Both the position numbers and the translations under genes were made by a program. 64,000 nucleotides of DNA, taken from Rhizobium sp. (lineage in GTDB: Bacteria > Pseudomonadota > Alphaproteobacteria > Rhizobiales > Rhizobiaceae). The stretch covers positions 174,486 through 238,485 of the forward strand of contig JAPZUE010000009.1 of the NCBI GenBank assembly GCA_027533385.1, written 5' to 3'. The notes below the pieces were generated by a model, which was given only the letters and a program-made list of their open reading frames with translations, did not search any database and had not been told where the DNA came from. Below, one piece after another: positions 30,981-39,891 of the stretch (position 1 is the first letter of the stretch; every line of letters begins with the position of its first letter).

Positions 30981-33863
30981 ATGCCCCTCGTTCCTGAAAT
31001 CGATTACGGCACGCCCGCCTCGCGCTCGGAAAAACTGGTGACACTCACCATCGATGGACGCGAAATCACGGTTCCCGAGGGCACGTCGATCATGCGCGCC
31101 TCGATGGAGGCCGGCATTCAGGTGCCGAAGCTCTGCGCCACCGACATGGTCGATGCCTTCGGTTCCTGCCGTCTCTGTCTGATCGAGGTGGAAGGCCGCA
31201 ATGGCACGCCCGCCTCCTGCACTACGCCCGTGGCACCCGGCATCGTGGTCCATACCCAGACGGAGCGGTTGAAGGCGATCCGCAAGGGTGTGATGGAGCT
31301 CTACATCTCCGACCATCCGCTCGACTGTCTGACCTGTGCGGCCAACGGTGACTGCGAGCTGCAGGACATGGCCGGTGCCGTTGGCCTGCGTGATGTGCGC
31401 TATGGCTATGAGAGCGAGAACCACGTCAAGGCGCGGTCTGCCGAGGGTGGCATCAACGCCCAGTGGATGCCGAAGGACGAGAGCAATCCATATTTCACCT
31501 ATGACCCCTCCAAATGCATCGTCTGTTCGCGCTGCGTGCGCGCCTGCGAAGAGGTGCAGGGTACGTTTGCGCTGACCATCGAGGGTCGTGGCTTCGACAG
31601 CCGCGTGTCACCCGGCGCGCATGAAGCCTTCCTGTCGTCGGAATGCGTCTCCTGCGGCGCCTGCGTTCAGGCCTGCCCGACCGCGACGCTGACGGAGAAG
31701 TCCGTGATCGCAATCGGTCAGCCGGAGCATTCGGCCGTCACCACTTGCGCCTATTGCGGCGTCGGCTGTTCCTTCAAGGCGGAGATGCGGGGCGAGGAAC
31801 TGGTGCGCATGGTGCCTTGGAAGGATGGCCAGGCCAATCGCGGCCATTCCTGCGTCAAGGGCCGCTTCGCCTATGGCTATGCCAGCCACAAGGACCGCAT
31901 CCTCAACCCGATGATCCGCGAAAAGATCACCGATCCCTGGCGTGAAGTGACCTGGGAAGAGGCCTATGCCCATGTCGCCTCCGAATTCAAGCGCATCCAG
32001 TATCAGTATGGCCGCGAAGCCATCGGCGGCATCACCTCGTCGCGCTGCACGAATGAAGAGACCTATCTGGTCCAGAAGCTGATCCGCGCCGGCTTCGGCA
32101 ACAACAATGTCGACACCTGCGCCCGCGTCTGCCATTCGCCGACCGGTTACGGTCTCGGCCAGGCCTTCGGCACGTCTGCCGGTACGCAGAACTTCGATTC
32201 CGTCGAGCATTCCGACGTCGTGGTCGTCATCGGTGCCAATCCGACCGATGGCCACCCGGTCTTCGGCTCGCGGCTGAAGAAGCGGCTGCGTCAGGGCGCC
32301 AAGTTGATCGTCATCGATCCGCGCCGCATCGATCTCGTGCGCACCCCGCATGTGGAGGCATCCTACCACCTGCCGCTGAAGCCCGGCACCAATGTCGCCG
32401 TGCTGACGGCACTCGCCCATGTCATCGTCACCGAGGGCCTGTTCGACGAGCGCTTCATCCGCGAGCGCTGCGACTGGTCGGAATTCGAGGATTGGGCCGC
32501 ATTCGTGTCCGAGCCGGAGCATTCGCCTGAGGAGACCGAAAAGTTCACCGGCGTGCCGGCTGCTGAACTGCGTGGTGCTGCGCGCCTGTTCGCCACCGGC
32601 GGCAATGGCGCGATCTATTACGGCCTCGGTGTGACCGAACACAGCCAGGGCTCGACCACCGTCATGGCGATCGCCAACCTTGCCATGGTGACTGGCAATA
32701 TCGGTCGGCCGGGCGTTGGAGTGAACCCGCTGCGCGGCCAGAACAATGTCCAGGGCTCCTGCGATATGGGCTCCTTTCCGCATGAGCTGCCGGGCTATCG
32801 CCACGTCTCCGACGATGCGACGCGCGAGACCTTCGAAAAGCTCTGGGGTGTCGAGCTCAGCAACGAGCCGGGCCTGCGCATCCCCAACATGCTGGATGCC
32901 GCCGTCGACGGCTCCTTCAAGGGCATCTATATCCAGGGTGAGGACATTCTGCAGTCTGATCCCGATACCAAGCATGTTTCGGCTGGTCTTGCCGCCATGG
33001 AATGCGTCGTGGTGCACGACCTCTTCCTCAACGAGACGGCGAACTATGCGCATGTCTTCCTGCCGGGCTCGACCTTCCTGGAAAAGGACGGGACCTTCAC
33101 CAATGCCGAGCGCCGCATCAACCGCGTCCGCCGCGTGATGAGCCCGAAGAACGGTTATGCCGACTGGGAAGTGACGCAAAAGCTCGCCCAGGCAATGGGT
33201 CTCGCCTGGAACTACACGCATCCGTCCGAGATCATGGACGAGATCGCGGCGACCACGCCGAGCTTTGCCGGTGTCTCCTACGACTATCTGGAAAAGATGG
33301 GCTCGGTGCAGTGGCCCTGCAACGAGAAATTCCCGGTGGGGTCGCCAATCATGCATGTCGACGGCTTCGTGCGTGGCAAGGGCAAGTTCATCCGCACCGA
33401 ATATGTGCCGACGGACGAGCGCACGGGTCCACGCTTCCCGCTGCTTTTGACCACCGGTCGCGTTCTCTCGCAATACAATGTCGGCGCTCAGACGCGGCGG
33501 ACGGAAAACAGTGTCTGGCATGAGGAAGACCGGCTGGAGATGCATCCGCATGATGCCGAACAGCGCGGCGTCAAGGACGGTGACTGGATCAAGCTTGCCA
33601 GCCGTTCCGGCGACACCACGCTGCGCGCCCTGATCACCGATCGCGTGGCCCCGGGCGTCGTCTATACGACCTTCCACCATCCTAACACGCAGGCCAATGT
33701 CATCACCACCGACTTCTCCGACTGGGCAACCAATTGCCCGGAATACAAGGTGACCGCCGTGCAGGTCTCGCCGTCGAACGGCCCGACCGAATGGCAGGAG
33801 GAGTATGAGGAGCTGAGCCGCCGTTCGCGGCGCATTGCCGGAAAGCTGGAAGCGGCGGAATGA
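30981..33863 (+). CDS. fdsA: Formate dehydrogenase alpha subunit (Mo-bisPGD, Cys ligand)
   Basis: N-terminal Fe-S clusters (HPLDCLTC, CIVCSRCVRAC), CAYCGVGC, DTCARVCH, PLRGQNNVQG. Confidence 0.96.
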   Translation: MPLVPEIDYGTPASRSEKLVTLTIDGREITVPEGTSIMRASMEAGIQVPKLCATDMVDAFGSCRLCLIEVEGRNGTPASCTTPVAPGIVVHTQTERLKAIRKGVMELYISDHPLDCLTCAANGDCELQDMAGAVGLRDVRYGYESENHVKARSAEGGINAQWMPKDESNPYFTYDPSKCIVCSRCVRACEEVQGTFALTIEGRGFDSRVSPGAHEAFLSSECVSCGACVQACPTATLTEKSVIAIGQPEHSAVTTCAYCGVGCSFKAEMRGEELVRMVPWKDGQANRGHSCVKGRFAYGYASHKDRILNPMIREKITDPWREVTWEEAYAHVASEFKRIQYQYGREAIGGITSSRCTNEETYLVQKLIRAGFGNNNVDTCARVCHSPTGYGLGQAFGTSAGTQNFDSVEHSDVVVVIGANPTDGHPVFGSRLKKRLRQGAKLIVIDPRRIDLVRTPHVEASYHLPLKPGTNVAVLTALAHVIVTEGLFDERFIRERCDWSEFEDWAAFVSEPEHSPEETEKFTGVPAAELRGAARLFATGGNGAIYYGLGVTEHSQGSTTVMAIANLAMVTGNIGRPGVGVNPLRGQNNVQGSCDMGSFPHELPGYRHVSDDATRETFEKLWGVELSNEPGLRIPNMLDAAVDGSFKGIYIQGEDILQSDPDTKHVSAGLAAMECVVVHDLFLNETANYAHVFLPGSTFLEKDGTFTNAERRINRVRRVMSPKNGYADWEVTQKLAQAMGLAWNYTHPSEIMDEIAATTPSFAGVSYDYLEKMGSVQWPCNEKFPVGSPIMHVDGFVRGKGKFIRTEYVPTDERTGPRFPLLLTTGRVLSQYNVGAQTRRTENSVWHEEDRLEMHPHDAEQRGVKDGDWIKLASRSGDTTLRALITDRVAPGVVYTTFHHPNTQANVITTDFSDWATNCPEYKVTAVQVSPSNGPTEWQEEYEELSRRSRRIAGKLEAAE

Positions 33864-34690
33864 GCGATGTGATCGGCTCCACGGCACGGATTGTCGGCGG
33901 GCTGAAGGCGAGCCACGGGCGCGTCTCCAGCAGCAGCAGGCTCGTGCCGGAAGAGGTGCCGATCGCCTTTTCCTATGCCGGCTCCACCCATGCGGTGATG
34001 ATGGCGACGCCCGATGATCTCGAGGACTTTGCCGTCGGCTTTTCGCTCGCCGAGGGTATCATCGAGGGGGCGGAGGACGTGCTTGCCATCGACGCTATCG
34101 AGGCGGGCGAAGGGATCGACGTGCAGGTGACGCTGAAGGAGATGACGGCGGAGGCTCTCGTCGCCCGTCGGCGACGGATGGCTGGGCCTGTTGGCTGCGG
34201 TCTCTGCGGCATCGAGTCGATCGAGCAGGCGAACCGTGCTGTGCGGCCCGTTCCGGCCAGCCCGCTGTGTGTCACCGCGCAGAACATCGCCTGTGCGATG
34301 TCGCAGCTCAACGTGGCGCAGGATCTCAATCGCCAGACACGCGCCGTGCATGCGGCGGGGTTCTTCATGCCGACGGAGGGGTTGGTGGCTGTGCGCGAGG
34401 ATGTCGGACGGCACAATGCACTCGACAAGCTCGTCGGTGCGGTGCTCTTGGGTGGCTGGAACCCGGCGCTCGGCGCGGTCGTGGTCACCAGCCGTCTGTC
34501 CGTCGAGATGGTGCAGAAGACGGCAGCGCTGGGGGCGCCCATGCTGATTGCCATTTCCGCGCCGACCGCGCTTGCCATCCGTACCGCCGCGCAGGCCGGG
34601 ATAACCTTGATCGGCATTGCGCGCGACGAGGATTTCGAGATTTTCACCCGGCCCGACCGGGTGGCCGAGGGAGTACCGCTGCATGTCTGA
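33860..34690 (+). CDS. fdhD: Formate dehydrogenase sulfurtransferase FdhD/FdsC
   Basis: PEEVPIA, GCGLCG, VHAAG, REDVGRHNALDKLVG. Confidence 0.95.
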   Translation: MSDVIGSTARIVGGLKASHGRVSSSSRLVPEEVPIAFSYAGSTHAVMMATPDDLEDFAVGFSLAEGIIEGAEDVLAIDAIEAGEGIDVQVTLKEMTAEALVARRRRMAGPVGCGLCGIESIEQANRAVRPVPASPLCVTAQNIACAMSQLNVAQDLNRQTRAVHAAGFFMPTEGLVAVREDVGRHNALDKLVGAVLLGGWNPALGAVVVTSRLSVEMVQKTAALGAPMLIAISAPTALAIRTAAQAGITLIGIARDEDFEIFTRPDRVAEGVPLHV

Positions 34691-34928
34691 AACCGGCACC
34701 GACGCCAAGCTGATCCGCATGGCCAATCAGATCGCCACCTTCTTTGCCTCCCAGCCGGAGGCGGAGCGGGTGGATGGCGTTGCCGCGCATATCAACAAGT
34801 TCTGGGAGCCGCGCATGCGCCGGCGTTTTCACGAACTCGTCGATGGCGGGGCCGAAGGCTTTCTGCCGCTGGTGATTGCTGCAGCCACCAAGATCCGCCG
34901 CCCGGAGCAGGTTGCTGCGGCGAACTGA
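34683..34928 (+). CDS. fdsD: Formate dehydrogenase delta subunit
   Basis: KLIRMANQIATFF, VAAHINKFWEPRMR; ATG 34683 overlaps the end of fdhD. Confidence 0.9.
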   Translation: MSETGTDAKLIRMANQIATFFASQPEAERVDGVAAHINKFWEPRMRRRFHELVDGGAEGFLPLVIAAATKIRRPEQVAAAN

Positions 34929-34936
34929 GCAGCCGG

Positions 34937-35782
34937 TCAGTTGAGCCAGAGATGAATGAGGGCGGCTTCCGGGGTCTCGGTGCCGCCGTTTTCTGTGCCC
35001 GTGCTCCAGAGGCCGGCACCGGCAGCATAGGCGCCGGGTGACAGGCCGCCGGCTTCACATTGGCTCACCGCCCGCAGCCGCTTGCCGCTCTTCACTGCCT
35101 CGGCCAGAACCGTCAGCAGGTTCGCATCGTTCATCGCAGTCCCCGCGCCGAAGATCCTGAGCACCGCGCCATCGAGCGTGCCGAGCATTGCCCGGACGGC
35201 CTCTGCCGGCATGCCCGGCGACAGCGTCAGGATCGCAAGCTTGCGGTCCTCGAAGGTTCGATGCTTTGGCGTGTTCGGTCTCGCCTGCGGTTGCGAGCGG
35301 AAGGCGTCTGCTTCGTGGCTGTGATGCTTCACCAGGCCATCGGCATTGAGGAGCGTGCCGGCAAAGGCCAGCAGGACGCCGGGCTCCGTGCCCATCGCAG
35401 CTGAAATCGCGAGGTCGAGATTGCCCTCGGCATCGCCGACCTGCCCGAGCGGCAGCATCGAGCCGCAGAGGATGACGCGTCTGGCCTCGCCGGCAAGGGC
35501 TTGGCTGAGGGCTGCACCGGTGAAGGCCATGGTGTCGGTGCCGTGGGTGATGATCACGGCGGCGTCTGGATGGCTGCGGATCGTCTCCAGCATCCGGTTC
35601 CAGTGGGCAGGGCCGACATCGGCGCTGTCGAGCAGGGGATCGAAGACCTCGGCGATGAGTTGCGTGCCCTGCGGCAGGCGTTTGCTGATCGCCTCTTCCA
35701 CGAGACCCTTGCGGGGCGCCAGACCTTCCGGCGTTTCCGCCATGCCGATCGTGCCGCCGGTGTGGATCAAGAGCAGTTTCAT
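34937..35782 (-). CDS. L-asparaginase-family protein (compact, type I-like)
   Basis: HTGGTIGM and ITHGTDTMA catalytic Thr motifs. Confidence 0.88.
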   Translation of the reverse strand: MKLLLIHTGGTIGMAETPEGLAPRKGLVEEAISKRLPQGTQLIAEVFDPLLDSADVGPAHWNRMLETIRSHPDAAVIITHGTDTMAFTGAALSQALAGEARRVILCGSMLPLGQVGDAEGNLDLAISAAMGTEPGVLLAFAGTLLNADGLVKHHSHEADAFRSQPQARPNTPKHRTFEDRKLAILTLSPGMPAEAVRAMLGTLDGAVLRIFGAGTAMNDANLLTVLAEAVKSGKRLRAVSQCEAGGLSPGAYAAGAGLWSTGTENGGTETPEAALIHLWLN

Positions 35783-35908
35783 GGTCTTCCTCCCAGACTT
35801 TTTGGGGTCTGGTAGGCCAGCTGCGCGCCAAGATCAACCATGGGCGTCAACGCAAAAGGGCAGCGCCTTGCAGCGCTGCCCTTTGGAAACGGACGGAGTG
35901 ACCCCTGA

Positions 35909-36385
35909 TCAGGCGGCCATGTCTTCCAGATCGCTGCCCTTGAACATCTTGGCGAGGTTCAGGAAGCAGATCATGCCATTCTCGTTGGCGATGATGCCTT
36001 CCGAGAAGGTCTTGTCGAAGGAGGCCGAGACTTCCGGAACCGGCTGGACCTGGCTCGACGGGATGGTCAGGATGTCCGAAACGCGGTCGACCAGCATGCC
36101 GATGACCATGTTGTGGACTTCGGCAACGACGATGGCCGAGCGCTCGTTGGCAACCGTGCTCTTCATGCCGAGCTTGTAGGCGAGGTCGATGATCGGGATG
36201 ACCGAACCGCGCAGGTTCATCACGCCGATGACATCGGCCGGCGCATGCGGGATCGGCGTCGAGGGTGCCCAGCCGCGGATTTCGCGGATCGTGGTGGTCT
36301 TGACGCAGAACTCCTGATCATGAAGCCGGAAGGCGATGATCTCGAGGGTCTCACTGCCGAAGCTGGTGGAGCTGATAGTTGCCAT
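35909..36385 (-). CDS. cheW: Chemotaxis coupling protein CheW
   Basis: IREIRGW, GVMNLRGSVIPIIDL, GMLVDRVSDI; TAATG coupling to the upstream mcp. Confidence 0.93.
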   Translation of the reverse strand: MATISSTSFGSETLEIIAFRLHDQEFCVKTTTIREIRGWAPSTPIPHAPADVIGVMNLRGSVIPIIDLAYKLGMKSTVANERSAIVVAEVHNMVIGMLVDRVSDILTIPSSQVQPVPEVSASFDKTFSEGIIANENGMICFLNLAKMFKGSDLEDMAA

Positions 36386-38169
36386 TAGAAATCTTCCCAA
36401 CCTTCCTGTACCTTGGCGGCCGCTGCGCCACCTGTGGCGCGAGCCACACTCGCCATGAGCTTGCGTGCCGGTGATGCAACAGGTGAAGCATCGGGACGCG
36501 CTTCCATGACTTTATGCGAAGAGTGTTGCCCAATTCTAAACTGTGACACCAGTTCGCGCAGAGATGCCGCCTGTTTTGCCAGGCTGTGGCTCGCCGCTGT
36601 CGATTCTTCCACCATGGCGGCGTTCTGCTGGGTGTTCTGATCCATGGCGTTGACCGCCTTGTTGATCTCGGAGAGGCCCGTCGACTGTTCGCGGGACGCT
36701 TCGACGATTGCAATCACGTTGACATTGATGTCCTTCACTTCCGTGACGATCTGCTCAAGGGCCTTGCCCGTTTCGCCGACCAGTTGGACACCGGTCTTCA
36801 CCTGGGCCGAGGAGGTGTTGATCAGCGCCTTGATTTCCTTCGCAGCCGTTGCCGACCGCTGGGCAAGTTCACGCACTTCCTGGGCGACCACGGCAAAACC
36901 CTTGCCGGCTTCACCAGCGCGGGCCGCCTCGACGCCTGCGTTCAAGGCCAGCAGGTTGGTCTGGAAAGCGATGTCGTCGATGACGCCGATGATGTTGGAG
37001 ATTTCCTTGGAGGAGTTCTCGATCTGCCCCATCGCCTCAATGGCACTCTTGACGACAAGCCCTGACTTCTCTGCTCCCTCCTTGGTCCTTGCGACAAGCT
37101 GACCGGCTTCGTTGGCGCGCTTGGAGCTGTCGGTGACGGTCTGCGTGATCTGTTCCAGGGCGGCTGCGGTCTCCTCGACGGCAGCAGCCTGCTGCTCTGT
37201 TCGCTTGGCCAGGTTGTCGGAGGCTTCGCGGATCTGCGAGGAGCCCGAGGCAATCTCATCCGTGTTTTGGCTGACTTTCTGCATGGCAGCAGCCATGCGG
37301 GTCATCGCCGCGTTAAAGTCGGTGCGGATCTGTTCGAGCGATGGGATGAACGGCTTGTCGATCATCGCGGTCAGGTCGCCATGGGCGAGCGCCGTCAGGC
37401 CTTTGGCGATTTCATCGACGGCGTTCACGCGTCCGGTGATGTCGGTCGCATATTTCACCACCTTGAAGACGCGGCCGCTGGCATCGAAGATCGGGTTGTA
37501 GGAGGCCTGGATCCAGACGACCTTGCCGCCCTTGCCGATGCGCTTGAATTCCTGGGAAACGAACTGACCGGAGGCGAGTGTCTTCCAGAATTCCCGATAG
37601 GCGTCGGAGCGGGTGTAGTCCGGCTCGCAGAACATCGAATGGTGCTTGCCGGTGATTTCGCCGAGCGTATAGCCGAGGGTCGACAGGAAGTTTTCGTTGG
37701 CCGTCAGGATCTCGCCGGTCGGCGTGAATTCGATCGTCGCCTGAACGCGGGAGATTGCCTCAAGCTTGCCGTTGTCTTCGGCGGATTTGAGTTTTGCTGC
37801 CGTGATGTCGGATGCGAACTTGACGATCTTCCAGAGCTTGCCGTTCTTGAAGACCGGGTTGTAGGACGCCTGGATCCAGATTTCGCTGCCGTCCTTCTTG
37901 AGACGCTTGTATTCGCGGCTTTCGAACTGCCCGCGATTGAGCATGGCCCAGAATTCGCGATAGTCTGCGGTTGCGGTATAGGCAGGATCACAGAAGATGC
38001 GATGGTGCTTGCCCTTGATCTCCTCAATCGTATAGCCCAGTGCACGACAGAAGTTCTCGTTCGCGGTGATGATCGTCCCATCGAGCTTGAACTCGATCAC
38101 CGCCTGCGAGCGACTGAGGGCATCCAGAACCGCCTTGGATTCCATTCCCGGTAGTGCAATCAATGTCAT
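36385..38169 (-). CDS. Soluble methyl-accepting chemotaxis protein with two PAS domains
   Basis: Two repeats ending WIQASYNP, and the MCP hairpin IAFQTNLLALNAGVEAARAGEAGKGFAVVA. No TM helix is seen. Confidence 0.92.
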   Translation of the reverse strand: MTLIALPGMESKAVLDALSRSQAVIEFKLDGTIITANENFCRALGYTIEEIKGKHHRIFCDPAYTATADYREFWAMLNRGQFESREYKRLKKDGSEIWIQASYNPVFKNGKLWKIVKFASDITAAKLKSAEDNGKLEAISRVQATIEFTPTGEILTANENFLSTLGYTLGEITGKHHSMFCEPDYTRSDAYREFWKTLASGQFVSQEFKRIGKGGKVVWIQASYNPIFDASGRVFKVVKYATDITGRVNAVDEIAKGLTALAHGDLTAMIDKPFIPSLEQIRTDFNAAMTRMAAAMQKVSQNTDEIASGSSQIREASDNLAKRTEQQAAAVEETAAALEQITQTVTDSSKRANEAGQLVARTKEGAEKSGLVVKSAIEAMGQIENSSKEISNIIGVIDDIAFQTNLLALNAGVEAARAGEAGKGFAVVAQEVRELAQRSATAAKEIKALINTSSAQVKTGVQLVGETGKALEQIVTEVKDINVNVIAIVEASREQSTGLSEINKAVNAMDQNTQQNAAMVEESTAASHSLAKQAASLRELVSQFRIGQHSSHKVMEARPDASPVASPARKLMASVARATGGAAAAKVQEGWEDF

Positions 38170-38387
38170 GAAATTCCCCTCCGCCTCGCGCACCATCCGA
38201 CGGTGCGGCATAGGCGAATTTTAGCCTTGTGGGTTTAAGCAAAGGTCAATGTTCAACAATTCGTGAGGTGGCGCGTGAACGGAAAAAGGTCACCACCCGC
38301 CGATTTTTGGGGGCATGAAATTGATGATCATCAATAATCTGCAGGAAATCCTTCATATTGAGATACAATCGTATACAGGTATATGGC

Positions 38388-39323
38388 TCAGCCTCCTCGT
38401 GTCGGCCTATCGAGTATACGTCTGCCGAAGAGGCTCGCGGCCAGTTCGACCATGACACGTGCGCTGCGGCCGCGGTCGTCGAGGAACGGGTTCAGTTCCA
38501 CGAGGTCGAGTGAGGAGACGAGCCCGCTGTCGTGCAGCAGTTCCATGATCAGATGGGCTTCGCGGAAGGTCGCGCCGCCAGGGACCGTGGTTCCGACACC
38601 CGGGGCGACGTCGGGGTCAAGAAAGTCCACGTCAAGGCTGACATGCAGTAGTGCACCGGCCGCGCGCACATCGGCCAGGATGCGTTTGACAATGCTGCCC
38701 ATGCCCTCTTCGTCGATCGCGCGCATGTCGTAGACGTTGACGGCGTTTTCCGTAATCAGGCGGCGCTCTTCCTCGTCCACGGAGCGGATGCCGACCTGGT
38801 AGACATGGCTCGGATCAACGAAGGGGCGATCGGCAGGCAAGATCGGCGCAAATTCTGCCTTGCCGCAGAAGAAGGCGACCGGCATGCCGTGGATATTGCC
38901 CGAGGGCGACGTCTCCGGGGCATTGAAGTCGGAATGGGCGTCGAGCCAGAGAACGTAAAGCGGGCGGCCCGCTTCGGCCGCATAGCGGGCCATGCCGGAG
39001 ACGCTGCCCATAGACAGACTATGGTCGCCACCCAGCAGGATCGGCACGGCGCCACCAGCGGCGGCTCCGTAGGTCGCTGCTTCGATGGCGCGGGTGAAGG
39101 CGCCGACGACGGGCAGATGCTTGGCCCGCTCCATCTCCTGAAGGTCACTGGCCGGAGCCGGGCGCAGGTCACCACGATCTTCGACCTCATAGCCAAGCTC
39201 GCGCATGGCAGACGCAATGCCGGCGATGCGATAGGCCGCCGGTCCCATGGCGCAACCACCCCGGCCGGAACCTTCCTCGAGCGGTACGCCGATCAGTGCC
39301 ACGGTCTTCTGCTGCTTGTGCAT
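38388..39323 (-). CDS. rocF: Arginase
   Basis: GGDHS, DAHSDFN, SGNIHGMP, SLDVDFLDP Mn-binding motifs. Confidence 0.92.
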   Translation of the reverse strand: MHKQQKTVALIGVPLEEGSGRGGCAMGPAAYRIAGIASAMRELGYEVEDRGDLRPAPASDLQEMERAKHLPVVGAFTRAIEAATYGAAAGGAVPILLGGDHSLSMGSVSGMARYAAEAGRPLYVLWLDAHSDFNAPETSPSGNIHGMPVAFFCGKAEFAPILPADRPFVDPSHVYQVGIRSVDEEERRLITENAVNVYDMRAIDEEGMGSIVKRILADVRAAGALLHVSLDVDFLDPDVAPGVGTTVPGGATFREAHLIMELLHDSGLVSSLDLVELNPFLDDRGRSARVMVELAASLFGRRILDRPTRGG

Positions 39324-39448
39324 GGGTCGTCCTCGTTTAATGCCGTGTTGCCATGATCGGCCAAAGTGACGTTGTCAAAAAGATGGAACTTCGTCACAAA
39401 GCGCTATACTTTGCGCAAATCGCAACCGGCATATGACAGTTTGCAACG

Positions 39449-39874
39449 ATGGATGATCTCGACCGCCATATCCTGGGCGCGCTGCGCCAGAACGCGCGCC
39501 TGCCCGTGGCCTCACTTGCCGCGATGACCGGGGCGTCGCGTGCGACGATTTCCGCGCGCATCGATCGGCTGGTGGCGAACGGGACGATTGCGGCTTTCAC
39601 CATCCTCACCGGCAGCGAGATCCAGCCCACGGGTGTCCGGGCGATCATCATGATCGAGGTCGTCGGCAAGTTTGCGGATCGGGTCGCGCATCAGTTGCGT
39701 GGCATGCCGCAGGTCCGCTCGCTGCACAGCACCAACGGCAAATGGGATTTCATTGCGGAGCTGGAGGAACGGGATCTTGCAAGCTTCGACGAGACCCTGC
39801 GCCGCATCCGGTTGATCGAGGGGATCAACTTCACCGAATCCAATATCCTGCTGAAGACCAGCAAGGTCACCTGA
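39449..39874 (+). CDS. Lrp/AsnC-family regulator divergent from arginase
   Basis: MDDLDRHILGAL..NAR HTH; TNGKWD. Confidence 0.9.
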   Translation: MDDLDRHILGALRQNARLPVASLAAMTGASRATISARIDRLVANGTIAAFTILTGSEIQPTGVRAIIMIEVVGKFADRVAHQLRGMPQVRSLHSTNGKWDFIAELEERDLASFDETLRRIRLIEGINFTESNILLKTSKVT

Positions 39875-39891
39875 GCCGAACTCTCTCCGGC

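Noticed and set aside
30981-33863. Selenocysteine recoding in the formate dehydrogenase
   Set aside because: The frame is open with no internal TGA, and the Mo ligand position is Cys (DTCARVCH).
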